From NCBI RefSeq assembly GCF_009914755.1, contig NC_060931.1: a stretch of 64,000 bases of DNA. One strand, 5' to 3'. The notes below the pieces were generated by a model, which had not been told where the DNA came from, searched no databases, and saw nothing but the letters and a program-made list of their open reading frames with translations. Numbering within the stretch: the first letter of the stretch is position 1; each line of letters opens with the position of its first letter. The DNA is from the human T2T-CHM13v2.0 reference genome, Homo sapiens. The position numbers and the translations under genes were made by a program. This document shows, piece by piece, positions 19,441 through 39,804 of the stretch.

Positions 19441-21267
19441 GTCCTTCATGGTTCATTCTTCCTTCAACAGATAATTATAGAACGCCACTATCTGGCTCTT
19501 GTTAACCTTACCTGTGTCATCTCCCATCAACCTTATCCCACCCCTTCACCAGTTAATTTCCAGTAATAGATCATGAACAAAGCTCAAGTTCTCAATGTGC
19601 CAGGAACTTGTTGGGATCCAACTTTTTGTCCATGCTTTGTTCCATTTGCCTAGAATACACTTACAACCATCACCTCCACTTTGACCAACTCCTACTACAA
19701 AATAATGCTCAGAATTGATTTTACAATGTAATGAATAAATAGAAGCTATTTATTGTGGAAATTTAAAAGGCTTCACAGAGGAGATAAATCTCAAAGAATG
19801 GGTAGGATCATATTGGGTGAATTGAGAAGTGAAAATGCACACAGAAAATGAGCCCAAGGAAAGGAATGGGATACTATAGGTAGGAGAGTAAAGAAAGTTG
19901 AGGAGAAACTTAGTACATTGTGACTTATGTGAAGGGTATTCTCTAAGCAGAATCAATAATAGCCAAAACAGCAATTCTCTTGGCCACGGAAAAGCCATGG
20001 GTCAACTACAAGATATATTTCTTGCTAGGTTCCAAGATCTAGAAAATTTCTTCAATAAGGATACAACCCTGTTTTCCTGCCTCCTCCCCCACTGTATTTC
20101 AAGTCTCTCCTTTTTTTCCCCCTCCTTCTATCCATTCTGTGTAGCTCTTTGTATTGATGACTGCTGAAGGATCGGCCTGGCTTTCGATTGCAAGCATTTC
20201 ATAGAAAGATGTCCACCTCTCAGTCTCAAAACCATTCACTGTTGTCTCTGGTAATATTTCTCACTCACACTTTACCCTGAAGTTGGACACAACAGATCCC
20301 AGCCAGAGGCCCAAACTCCCTCCTGTCGGGGTAGTGATGAGGTAATACAGTCGATCCATTTATGTGTCAACTCAGCAATCAAGTTTAAACTAGAAAATAA
20401 TTCTAGAAAACTATTTTTAATTAATTTAATTTTGTAACTTAATTTTTAAAAAATTACTATAATTACTAGCTACAAGTGTGTAGCTACAATTTCTACAGGG
20501 AATTCCTACAATTTTTATGTCTTCTATAGATAAATCTGGCAACAAGCCTGCCACAAGTATTAAGATAATGTTCCTAGTATTTCTCAGTTTCAATCTTCTA
20601 CTGCCAATTGTGTGTTTGTGTGTTTACATGCTTAAAAGTCACATGTGAACTCTTGGGCAGGAGACTAAATGTATTCCATTTACCAAATGAGCAATTAGGC
20701 CTGCAACTTACCACACCGTAATCTGGTAACTTCAGGACAGTATCTTACTATTCTACCTCAAATATTTCCTTTTATTATTCGAAAAACACACATAGGCAGG
20801 ACTACAGAAAAACTGATTCAACAAGTGACAGAAAACTATGCACAGAGTGGCCTGAAAATGTAGAGCAGGTCTTTCTTTGGTTACACATGCTCAGCAACAC
20901 TGACTATCAAGGGTGGTTTGCATTGTTTGTAGGAAAGTGGATATTTGGTAGTTTGCTAAACTTTGTGCTAAAAAAGAAGGTTAATGAAAAAGAAAAAATA
21001 CAATGTGAGTTTTTTCTGAACTTTTCTTTGAGCCAATCTTGAAGACACGTGGAAGAGGACCCAGGAAACTATGAACTGTGTAGAGTTTAGCTTCATCATT
21101 CTCCCTCCTCACCACCAAACCCTCTTTCTGTGCCTGATTCTTGCCTTGATAGATCCTTATATTCTCACCTTCCTCTCTTCCTCCGATGATTAAATCCAGA
21201 AAAGGGTCTACTGTCAGTCATTTGTCCCATAGTTTAAATTTAGTTTGAAATGTTAAAACCTTAAATA

Positions 21268-21568
<301 letters not shown>

Positions 21569-22926
21569 TTAAATAAAGTTGGAATGAAATGCTTTGTTTC
21601 CTGCTGAAAAAATTTAAAACATCAACAAAAAAGTTGAAGAAGCAGAGAACCTACCCAGTAAATTATACTATAGGAGCAGTTAATAATCTCTTTTATTTAA
21701 ATAATTATCTATGAAATGATATTTTTAAAAGATATTTATTCAAGTTTTCAAGTTCTTAAGACTTTTCTCAGACTGCGTCTTATCCACTACCTTACTGTAA
21801 AAGTAAATTTATTTGAGAGTATCAATTAGAAAATACTTAAATTGTATATTTGGCCGAAAGTCATAATAAAGTAAAAGAAGGGCACCAAGTGATAGCAACA
21901 TTTTGCTTTTAAAAAATCACCTCTGTTACAACTATAAGCTCTCCAACTATCTACAGATTATTGATCTGGCATTTTTCAAGTCTCATAATAAATTCCTCTT
22001 CTGCAAATTCAATTAGTGTTCTGAAGCAAGTCTTTTTAGGAAACTAAATCATTTTTAGGAAAAGACAATTCTAAAGAAAACTGTAGAAAGCAAGAAAAGG
22101 CAAACAATTTTTAAAGTTTTTTAAAAATCTCCCTTGAATAATGTATTATTTTATTATATAAGCACTGTATGGTAATTGTATAAAAATTAGAAATAAAAAA
22201 AATCACCTTTAATTCCACCATCTAAAAAAATAACTGTCATTGGCACTTTGGTATATAGACTTTCATATTTTTCTACACATATCTATATTACAAATTAGAC
22301 ATTACATTCAAAGTTATAATTGATAGATAAGAACTTACTCTTGTTATTTTGTTAATGATTTTTTTGTTTGTTTTGTATATCCTTTATTCTTTTCTTTCTC
22401 TACTGTTATTTACCTTTATGATTTGAGGCTTTTCTGTGCTACTAAGCTTTGTTTTATTTCTCTTACTCCTTTATGTATTTGCTGTAATTTCTTTACTTTG
22501 TGATTATTACAGGGTTAACAAAAGGAGTCTTGTAGTTGTAATATACTATTTTAAGATAATAACAACTTAATCTTGATTGTATAAAAATTAAGACCCCATA
22601 TTCTCAGGAAATAGTGAGTATACATAGTAAACATAATTTGACAAAGGAATATGCAACCACTTCATGTACAATGCACATGCAAAGTACCATGATTTATACA
22701 TACCGTTCAAAGATCGATACCTAAATTATCAATAAGATTTAAGAATTGATGCTATAGAATATATTTAAGTGAATATTCATCATTTAAATGAATAAACTTT
22801 AGTTTTCTTAAAAATACTATTTTCTATAAACTGGGCTGTCAATTAAATAGCTGCTAGCCACATGTAGCTATCAAATAGTTGAAATGTCAATAGTATGAGA
22901 AAATAAAACTTTAATAAAATTAAAAA

Positions 22927-24162
22927 TTTTTATACATACTTTAAGTACCAGGATACACATGCAGGGTGTGCAGGTTTGTTACATAGGTAAACATGTGCCA
23001 TGGTGCTTTGCTGCACCTATCAACCCATCACCCTCCCCCCAACATCTAGAGGCCCCAGTGTGTGTTATTCCCCTCCCTGTGTCCATGTGTTCTCAGTGTT
23101 CAGCTGCCACTCATGAGTGAGAATACGCAGTGTTTGATTTTCTGTTCCTGCATTAGTTTGCTGAGGATAATGGCTTCCAGCTCCATCCATGTCCCTGCAA
23201 AGGATATGATCTTGTTCTTTTTTATGGCTACATAGCATTCCATGGTGTATATATATGACATCTTCTTTATCCATTCTATCGTTGATGGGCATTTGGATTG
23301 ATTTCATGTGTTTCATGGTGAAACCCTGTCTCTACTAAAAATACAAATATTAGCTGGGTGTGGCAGCTTATGCTTGTAATTTTAGCTACTCGGGAGGCAG
23401 AGGTAGGAAAATTGTTTGAACCGGGGGTGGAGGTTGCAGTGAGTTGTGAATAGTGTTGCAATGAACATATACATGCATGGATATTTATAATAGAATAATT
23501 TATATTCCCTTGAGTATATACCCAGTAATAGGATTGCTGGGTCAAATGATATTTCTGGTTCTTGGTCTTTGAAGAATTGCCACACTGTCTCCCACAATGG
23601 TTGAGCTAACTTACATTCCCAGCAAGAGTGCAAAAGTGTTCCTATTTCTCCATACCATCACCAGGATCTGTTGTTTCTTGATTTTTTCATAGTTGCCATT
23701 CTGAGAGGTGTAGGATGGTATCTCACTGGGGTTTTGATTTGCATTTCTCTAATGATCAGTAGTGTTGAGCTTTTTTTTCATAAGTTTGTTTGCTGCATAA
23801 ATGTCTTCTTTTGAGACGTGTCTGTTCATGTCTTTTGTCTACTTTCTAACTGGTTGTTTTTTTTCTCATTAATTTGTTTACACGTGAGATGGGTCTTGAA
23901 TAAAGCACACTGCTGAGTCTTGACTGTTTATCCAGCTTGCCATTCTGTGTCTCTTAATTGAGTATTTAGCCCATTTACATTTAAGGTTAATATTGTTATA
24001 TGTAAACTTGGTTCTGTCATCATGATGCTAGCTGTTTATTTTGCAGACTTGTTGATGTAGCTGCTTCATAGTGTCATTGGTCTGTGTACTTCAGGGTGTT
24101 TTTGTAGTGACTGGTAATGGTTTTTTTCTTTCCAGATTTAGTGCTTCCTTCAGGCACTCTTC
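22927..24162 (-). mobile_element. L1PA8-like fragment with an internal deletion of about 3 kb at 23880/23881
   Basis: 3'UTR tactttaag...caggtttgttacataggtaaac, ORF2 C-terminus, then a jump to the ORF2 start and ORF1 end (cacgtgagatgggt...gtgcttccttcagg). Confidence 0.9.
23314..23446 (+). mobile_element. Internal Alu fragment embedded in L1, without tail or TSD
   Basis: catggtgaaaccctgtctctac...ggttgcagtgagttg; shares private variants with 24629-24762. Confidence 0.92.
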
Positions 24163-24530
24163 TAAATGTTAAAACTAAAAACCATTTGGCAGGACTACAT
24201 TTCCTTTCAACCTTTTAATATAATAAGGTAGTATTTTTTTTTGCAGTTTACATGTAGGAAAAATACATGGTTTCACATATTACACATAAACATATTGCTG
24301 ATCTATTGGTGTCAATTGATTCAATTTGAATCATTTTTCTAGGCAGAAATATAACATTATAGTATATTTATTTGAATATTGTATGCAGTCACTGTGAGTC
24401 AAAGTGATACATGTAAATCACATTTGGTAATTAAATGAAAGTATTAATTAAAATTTAAATCAGAATAAAAATTAATTTTACACTTAAAAAATAAGTATGG
24501 ACACATCTTTAAATTTAAAATATAGGGTTA

Positions 24531-24824
24531 CTGCCAGGTGTGGGGGCTCATGACTGTAATCCCAACACTGTGGGAGGCTGAGGCAGATGGATCACCTGAG
24601 GTCAGGAGTTTGAGACCAGCCTGGCCAACATGGTGAAACCCTGTCTCTACTAAAAATACAAATATTAGCTGGGTGTAGCAGCTCATGACTGTAATTTTAG
24701 CTACTCGGGAGGCAGAGGCAGGAAAATTGTTTGAACCTGGGGGTGGAGGTTGCAGTGAGTTGAGATCATGCCACTGCATTCCAGCCTGGGTGATGGAGTG
24801 AGACTCTGTCTCAAAAAATAAAAT
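24531..24824 (+). mobile_element. AluSx-like SINE inside Charlie1a
   Basis: Full dimer; approximate TSD aaaatatagggtta / aaaatatatggtta. Confidence 0.95.
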
Positions 24825-25008
24825 AAAATATATGGTTATAATGGATACACAATTAAATGAAGATGCAGAAGCTGGTACTATCACAGAAACAGTAAAGACA
24901 AAAGAGACTGGAAGGAGACATAAGTTTCACAAAAAATGTCAATTGAAATTTTCTGTATCATAATAAAAGAAAGGAGATTTTTGAGTACAAAATAGAAATA
25001 AGAAATTA

Positions 25009-31278
<6,270 letters not shown>

Positions 31279-32027
31279 AAGAAATTAAACAATATGAAGA
31301 GACATTTTAGCAAATACATAGTGAATTTGATGAAAATTGAAAAAGTAAATTCACCTACCTAACTTATTCTAAACATATTTTTAGATTTATCTCAGCAGTC
31401 AAAAAAAGAATGAATAAAATAATTAAATATCAAAGAATTTAAAATAATTTTAAACAAAATATGAGCTTATAACTTTAGCAATATATAATATGGTTTAGCT
31501 TGTTGCAAAATGAATAAACTGTAGATGAAGATGTGGAAAATAAATTATTTTATTTAAAAATTTTGTAAGAAAATTATGAGAAGAGTAAAATAAAGATATA
31601 AAAATATTTTAAATTACATCACCAAGCAATTATATTAGATAATCAGTTAGTTCAAAATTTGAAAATGAGTACTTTTTAAAGTTTAAGTTAATCATACAAT
31701 ATATGACATATTGCTTAATTAATACTTTAGGGTGGTTTTCTCTCAAAGTATTTACAATTTTCAAAAAAAAACAACAATTCACAAAACTGTAGCATCGAAA
31801 AAGCTTCTCAGCATTGATCTGGTCAATGACTTTGGATATGACACCAAAACACAGGCAAAAGAAAAAGCAAAATTAAGCAAGTAAGTTTGCATTAAATTAT
31901 ATTCTTAAAAATCAGTTTCACATGTTTCTTGTTACCAGTTTAATATGGCTACTAGAGGGTTTAAAGTTACATATGTGGCTCACATATTTCTTTCAATAGT
32001 ACTAATCTATAAAAATATATTCCCCCT

Positions 32028-32215
32028 ACCCTGTCTCTACTAAAAATACAAAAAAATTAGCCGGGTGTGGCAGCGTGAGCCTGTAGTCCCAGCTACTCCC
32101 TACTCAGGAGGCTGAGACAGGAAAATGGCGTGAACCCGGGAGGCGGAGCTTGCAGCAAGCCGAGTTCCTGCCGCAGCACTCCAGCCTGGGTGACAGGGCG
32201 AGAATCCGTCTCAAA
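32028..32215 (+). mobile_element. 5'-truncated AluY-like SINE
   Basis: aatggcgtgaacccgggaggcggagcttgcag (Y diagnostics); TSD atatattcccccta (32015-32028 / 32392-32405). Confidence 0.9.
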
Positions 32216-32391
32216 ATACATATATGTATTTATATATTTTTTTATTATTTATATATTTATATATAATAAATACTATATATTATATATTATACATAAAATA
32301 TTATATAAAATATTTATTATATATAATATAGTATATATTATAATATATAGAAATATAACATATATAATAAAAAATCATATATATATTATAT
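32216..32391. repeat. AT-rich low-complexity tract occupying the Alu tail position
   Basis: Almost pure A/T with many TA runs, lying between the Alu body and its right TSD. Confidence 0.9.
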
Positions 32392-32599
32392 ATATATTCC
32401 CCCTAAATCTTCAGATTAACTATGTCTTTAAGTTTTCTCAGACATGTTTTCCTTTTGTAGTAATTTTTCTATAAAAGGATTACAATTACTGTAGAAAACA
32501 TAAAAATACATAAAAGCAAAAAGTTTTAAATCATTCATAATTGAATACATAATTATTAATATTATGATGTGTTTTCTTCTGCTCTTTTTCCAGTCAGTC

Positions 32600-32760
32600 T
32601 CATATATATGTGTGTGTAAATAACATATATAATTATATATATACATAATTATTATATATGCATATATAGTTATACACATATTATATGTATTCATATATAC
32701 ATATATGGTTATATATATAACTATTATTGTGTGTTTGTATGTGTGTGTATATATATAGTC
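32600..32760. repeat. (TA)n/(TG)n low-complexity region
   Basis: Degenerate TA, TG and CA dinucleotide runs. Confidence 0.85.
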
Positions 32761-32924
32761 CCCCTTCTCTCTCTCCCCCCTTTCCATTCCCCAAAGAACT
32801 AAAACAAAAGATCGTACTTTTTCCAAAAATTATTTGAGCTAACAAGAATAAATAAAAAGTAAATTTAGGTTGTAGTCAATAAAATATTAGAGAAGCTATG
32901 TTGTGGGGGGATTTAATAATTAAA

Positions 32925-34047
32925 TGTAGGATATTCAATTTATTCTCTGTGAAGGACACTATCAAGAGAAGGAAAATCCAAGCCCAGACAAGGAGAAAAT
33001 ATTTGCAAAAGACATATCTATTAAAAGATTGTTAACAAAAATGTACAAAGAACTCTTAAAATTCAGTAATAAGAAAACCAACAATCAATTTAAAAATAGG
33101 CCAAAGACCTTAATACCTTACCAAAGAAGGTCTATAGATGGCAAGTAAGCATGTGAAACAATGTTCCGCATCATATGTTACCAAGGAAATACAAATGAAA
33201 ACATCAATGAGGTATCACTACACACCTATTAGAGTATCCAAATCCACAACACTGACAGCAGCAAATGCTAGCAAGAACGTGCAACGAGAGGGACTCTTAT
33301 TCACTGACGGTGAGGATGCAAAATGGCAGTTTCTTATAAAACTAAACATATTCTTACCATATGATCCCACAATTGCATTGCTTGGTATTTACCCAATGGA
33401 ATTAAAAATTACATCTACAACAAACATGCACACAGATGTTTATAGCTGCTTTATTCATAATTACCAAAACTTGGAAGCAACAGAAATGTTCTTCAGTAAG
33501 TCAATGGATAAACAGTTGGTTCATCCAGATAATGGGATATTGTTCAGTACTAGAAATAAATGAGCTATTAAGCCATTAAAACACATGAAGGAAATTTAAG
33601 CGCATATTATTAAGTGAAAAAAGCCAATCTGGAAAAGCTACATACCATATAATTATGTCTATCTTACATTCTGGACTACAGATAAGTAAAACATTGGGGC
33701 TTCCAGGGGTTACGGTGGAGAGAGGATGAAGACATTGAACACAGAAGATTTTTAGAGTGGTAAAACTACTCTGTGTGATATTATAATGGTCAATACACAT
33801 TATTACACATTTATCCAAATTCTTAGAATGTACAATAACAAGAACAAACCCAACTACAGGCTTTGGAAGACAATGAAGTGTCAGCATAGTCTCATCAATT
33901 GCAATAAATGTCCCACTCTGAGGGGTTGTTGATAATGGAAGAGGCTATGCATGTGGAGGGGCTGAGTATATACGGATAATCCGTTTGCTTTCCATTCTGT
34001 TTTGCTGTGATTCTAAAACCACTTTTTTAAGTCTATTTTTAAAAAAT
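32925..34047 (+). mobile_element. L1MC1-like 3' fragment
   Basis: ORF2 C-terminal homology (SMRYHYTPIR...LPYDPTIALLGIYP) and L1MC-type 3'UTR ending ttttgctgtgattctaaaaccact...agtctatttt. Confidence 0.8.
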
Positions 34048-34987
34048 GAAAGATATTCCATTCTTTCTTTGAAATTTAGTAAGATTTTATTTCCTTGGAT
34101 TTTGTCTCTAGACTTACCAGAAGAAGTAACATACTTTAGAAAGGGTAAGCTGTCCTATTTAAAGCCTATTGTAAGCTCTTTATAGAGAAGATAACTGAGT
34201 TAAATAATTTAAATAAACATATACAATATTAGCTCCTTGGAAGAAGAATTAGTATCTTTAATTAAATCATAAACATTTGTAAAAATATGACATATGCATT
34301 TCAAGTTATCATTCACAAACATAAAGCTTAACTCGGCATCATCACTATTGTTAGCAGTTGATAGAATATGAATCGAATATTTCTCTATGTGAAGCAAAAG
34401 CTTATGTGCCTTTGATGTCTATTTTATTTATTCAACAAATCCTATATACTATTTTTTTAAATAAAGGCAGTTTCAGGTAACTCTTAGTTACTGTGCAAAA
34501 ATTAAAAAACTATGATGTGTGTGTGTATGTGTGTGTGTTTGAGGTGTTATCAAACAGGAACTTCATAACATTTTTCTGCTTATTTTGAAAAGGTGAGCTT
34601 TAGGATGGGTTCCTCATTGTAAGTGTATTATATTATTATTATATATATGTATATATATATTCACATAAAAGTTTGAAGTTTGCATGAATTGACAATTGGA
34701 GAAATTTAAACTCAATTTTTCCATGTCAAGTTTTTATTGGAAATTAACAAATCTAAAATAAAGGTTTAATAGTAACAAACCACATGCATTAACATTTGTC
34801 CCTAAACTAAAGCCTATGCAACAAAATTCATCAGAATGTGAATTTCTAATTGACAGTAACAGTTGCATTACTTAGAAATGAATTATTCACCTTATGAAAA
34901 CCATCAACCTTCCAGATATATTTTCTTCTTGTTCTTCCTCCACTCCATCTATAAATGCAACAGTAGATGGGATTTCAGATATAATGT

Positions 34988-35351
34988 TGATATGGTTTGG
35001 CTGTGTCCCCACCAAAATCTCATCTTGAATTGTAGATCCCATAATTTCCATGTGCCATGGGAGGGACTCAGTGGGAGGTAATTGAATCATAGGGGTGGGT
35101 CTGTCTCATGGTGTTCTCATGATAGTGAATAAGTCTCACAAGAGCTGATGGTTTTATAAAGGGCAGTTCCCCTGCACATGCTCTCTTGCCTGCCACCATA
35201 TAAGACATGCCTTTGCTCCTCCTTTGCCCTCCACGATGATTGTGAGGACTCCCCAGCCATGTGGAACTATGAGTCCATTAAACCTCTTTTTCTTTATAAA
35301 TTACCCAGTCTTAAGTATTTCTTCATAGTAGTATGAAAATGGACTGATACA
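34988..35351 (+). mobile_element. THE1 (ERVL-MaLR) solo LTR, THE1B/C-like
   Basis: TGATATGGTTTGGCTGTGTCCCCACC...GGACTGATACA with TG..CA ends and a 5-bp TSD aatgt (34983-34987 / 35352-35356). Confidence 0.95.
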
Positions 35352-36504
35352 AATGTATATTTCAACACACACAAAAATGCACCACCTTTCTTTTTACAAT
35401 ATTTTATGGAGTAAACCAGACTTATGAACCTATGAAATTCCTTAACATAGTCAAGGGATGGAATTTCTCCTGGATCAAAGTTTTTAAAGAGTGCATCTTT
35501 CTTGTGTCTTAGGAAATCTACTTAATGTGATTAAAAGATAATAATAGCATAATTGTGACAATAGAAATAACTTTCTTGTAGCTTTGTAACTAGTAAGAAA
35601 CAGAAAAGTTGTTCCCTAAAATTTTTTCGTTTTGTTGTTTGAACATAATTAATTTCATTAATTTAACCTATATATCTCTTGGTACAGAAGATGCTAATTT
35701 TACATTATATTCAATTACATTTTGTGTTTGTGGCCTTTTCTATTTTTCTTTCTATTTTCTGCTTGGCTTGTTGCATCAATAAGAAGTGATGAAGTTTAAT
35801 TACATTTATGAAAATGAACTTAAAACTATTATTATTTTACACAAGTTCTAATGTCAAAGCCATTTTAGAATGAACAACAAAAGCTTATCGAATGAGTCAT
35901 AGTACTTACAGCATGCCAAGTGATAGAAAGGAATTCTTATTTATTATTAGAACAGCATTAGACTTTCATAGTACAGAAAATTGATTATCCTCTCCTGATT
36001 TGTTTGTTTTCTCCATGCTCTTTGGGGCCATTACATTGCTTCCATATAATTCTCTAACTTGTTATTTCCCACTAGCAATATAGTAAAGCAATTACTTTCT
36101 TAGATGATATATTATGGTGACTTTAAACGTAATAAACTAATAGAATTGATAGTATTTAAGCTCTCATAATACAAGCTTTTTAATCTAATGAATAGTATTA
36201 TACATTAAATTTCAAATGAACAGAAGCAGTAGGTCCCTGTTTGATTTCCCTTTATGTGTTATTCAGGGAATGAGGGGAGCCTGATGGGGTGGAATTTGGA
36301 TAATTTAATGATGACTTACAGTATTTTTTTCTTTCTCTCTTATGTAATTCATGCATTTTGCCTTATTCAGTAATTAAAATATATGACAAAATGGAATTGC
36401 TAGAACCACAGAGTTTCAGAAAAGGAAAGAACACAAATGCATCTTATAATGCTTGACATATAGTGCTCAATAGTAGGTACTGAACTAATATTGAGGAATT
36501 GAGA

Positions 36505-36725
36505 AATTAGTCTCTGGAGTCAGACAGACATGGATATAAAACTTATCTCAAACATTTACCAGCTATATGGCCTTAGGCAAGTTACTCAGCTGTAGCCAAT
36601 TTTTTGAATAAAAACTCCATAAGATTTCATAAAGATTCAGAAAGAAAATGTACATAAAGAACTTAGCACAAAACCTAATAGGTGTTAAACACATATTAGC
36701 TTTCATCAGTATTACTGTTGTTATT
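36505..36725 (+). mobile_element. MIR relic
   Basis: ctctggagtcagacagac...ttaccagctatatggccttaggcaagttact...taaagaacttagcaca. Confidence 0.7.
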
Positions 36726-37353
36726 GTTAGTATTTTTCTTTGATCCTTAATAAAAAAACAGAGTTAGGCATTTAATAGATGTTTTTATCATTGTTAGCAC
36801 TGTTGTTGTCCACCAATACTAATAATTAATAAGTACTATCATTTCTTTTCCTCCCAAGCTTTATAAGCCGCATACAAACTGCCCCATCCATTTTTATCAT
36901 CCAAATAAGATGGTGTTTCTACTCCAGGCTTTCTATTGTGTTTTAATTTATTATTCAGAGAACCAACTCTATTTCCAGCATATGGTGTGGGTAGAAGAAA
37001 CATAGAAGAAGTTAGAGGTACAAATACTAGGGTACCTGGGGTCCATGCAGCAAAGACTGCTGATGGCAACAACAACAAAATATTAGAACCTCTGCTTCAC
37101 TCCTCCACAGCATTTATACTACCTTGAAAAGGCTTCACATAGACAGAGAGCCAGTCCCCTTCCACATACATTCTGAATTAAAACACCAATAAAAAAATGT
37201 TTCCCAGCCTCAACTTATAGATAATTTATTTCTGAATAAAATTGAAAATTTTAAAATCCCAATGAATTTTGCTGTGACAGATTTTTTATCTGAAGTAGCC
37301 AAGACCTTCCTTAGAAAGTATTATTATCTTAATAGTAGAAAATGAAGAAAGCA

Positions 37354-38503
37354 ATGGATTAAAGACTTAAATGTTAGACCTAAAACCATAAAAACACTAG
37401 AAGAAAACCTAGGCAATACATTCAGGACATAGGTATGGGCAAAGACTTCATGACTAAAACACCAAAAGCAATGGCAACAAAAGCCAAAACTGACAAATGG
37501 GATCTAATTAAACTAAAGAGCTTCTGCACAGCAAAAGAAGCTAACATCAGAGTGAACAGGCAACCTACAGAATGGGAGAAAATTTTTACAATCTACCCAT
37601 CTGACAAAGGGCTAATATCCAGAATCTACAAGGAACTTAAACAAATTTACAAGAAAAAAACAAACAACCCCATCAAAAGTGGGCAAAGAATATGAACAGA
37701 CAGTTCTCAAAAGAAGACATTTATGCAGCCAACAGACACATGAAAAAACGCTCATCATCACTGGTCATCAGAGAAATGCAAATCAAAACCACAATGAGAT
37801 ACCATCTCACACCAGTTAGAATGGTGATCATTAAAAAGTCAGGAAACAACAGGTGCTGGAAAGGATGTGGAGAAATAGGAACACTTTTACACTGTTGGTG
37901 GGACTGTAAACTAGTTCGACCATTGTGGAAGACAGTGTGGTGATTCCTCAAGGATCTAGAACCAGAAATACCATTTGACCCAGCGATCCTATTACTGGGT
38001 ATATATCCAAAGGATTATAAATCATGCTACTATAAAGACACATGCACATGTATGTTTATTGCACCACTATTCACAATAGCAAAGACTTGGAACCAACCCA
38101 AATGTCCATCAATGATAGACTGGATTAAGAAAATGTGGCACATATACATCATGGAATACTATGCAGCCATAAAAGAGGATGAGTTCACGTCCTTTTCAGG
38201 GACATGGATGCAGCTGCAAGCCATTATTCTGAGAAAACTATCACAAGGACAGAAAACCAAACACTGCATGTTCTCACTCATAAGTGGGAATTGAACAATG
38301 AGAACACTTGGACACAGGGCGGGGAACATCACGCCCCAGGGCGTGTCATGGGGTCAGGGGCAGGGGGAGGGATAGCATTAAGAGAAATACCTAATGTAAA
38401 TGATGAGTTAATGGGTGCAGCAAACCAACATAGTACATGTATGCCTATGTAACAAACCTGCACTTTGTACACATGTAACCTAGAACTTAAAGTATAATAA
38501 AAA
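37354..38503 (+). mobile_element. 5'-truncated L1PA5/6-like 3' fragment
   Basis: ORF2 C-terminus, 3'UTR and poly(A); TSD aaaatgaaga(a/c)agca (37339-37353 / 38504-38518). Confidence 0.95.
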
Positions 38504-39804
38504 AAAATGAAGACAGCAAAAAACTAAGAATATTATTTCAATATAAAGGATATTTTGCCCACATAATTAGAATATTTATCTATTTATAAGCAATTAGATA
38601 TTTCTAAGTAATTATATATTTATCCTCATAATTAGAAAAAATGAAAGATGTCCTTTGGGGGATACTTTTCTAGTTCTTTTTTTCTTTCTAAGGCATACGG
38701 ACATGTGCTTGATTAAATTTGATTAGGTATTGTACTGCCACATGTTTGATTTTCTGTTCAAAATTGTTTATTACTGAAATAACTAGGCATTATTTAAAAT
38801 ACAGAGGAATTTAAGATCATATAAATAATGGGGTTATGATGAAGCTTTCCGGATACTATTTTCTTCCCTTTACTTGACTCATCCAAAAGGATGGATGATG
38901 CCTATTATAGTAGTAAAGAGAAAAATGCTGACTGAGGTGTGGCATGCAAAACAAATAAAAAATAAAGTAAAGCAAATATGCAAAAGAAAATGAGAGAAAG
39001 GACAGAAAGCAAAAAAAGAGAAAAGTGGAAAGTGTCATTAAGAAGACATCTAAAACTAAACAACCTAACTACAATCAAGGGAAATGGGAAAAATATTACA
39101 GAACAAAAGAGATACTTTAAATATGAAAAACAGCATAAAATAAAAAAGAAACAAAAGGGAAAAAAAGAAAGACAGCTGGAATATTTTAACAATTTGAAAA
39201 CGATAATGCTAAAGTGAAGGAAAATAATAAAGACAGCAAAGTCCTGCTAGAAAATAAATACTAAAACAAGATTCAAAGAGCTGAAACATAATTAGAACAT
39301 TGTTTTCTTAAAATGGACTTAGGTAAAAGTAGACACTAAAATTACAAATAGTAAAAATTCCTTCAGATAAAAATCAGGGTCAAAAAAAGGAAATACTTCA
39401 GGGAAGAAAAAGAGGGCTAAAATAAGTCACTGGCACTTCTTAAAAAGTCCTTTTACTGTTTTATGAATGTATGTTGCCAAGCCATAAATAGACAAGGTGG
39501 GTAGAGGGGGTGCCAGATGCTGTCAAGTGGCATTTTTCTGTAGTAACACAAAATAGATGTTCCAGAGATATCAAAACGTCAGAAAAAAAACTTTCTCTTT
39601 CAACTCAAGAAAAATACAATATTTGAACTTATTGAAGTGACAATATAATACAAATGAAATGATAGTATGTGCTTGAATAATGTAAAATTATAAAGTCATT
39701 ATTAAACATAATTTTTAAACACTATTGTTAAAGGAAAAGATGTAGATTTGAGGAAAACACATTTTAAAATGTTTCAGAGAGGCTCTTCTATGTACAGGTA
39801 AAAA

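Noticed and set aside
20467-20486. Hairpin tagctaca-agtg-tgtagcta
   Set aside because: An 8-bp stem is expected by chance in 64 kb of AT-rich DNA.
38870-39420. Lysine-rich ORF 38978..39217
   Set aside because: A-rich low-complexity sequence, possibly an ancient L1/HAL1 ORF1 relic that I cannot assign; no coding evidence.
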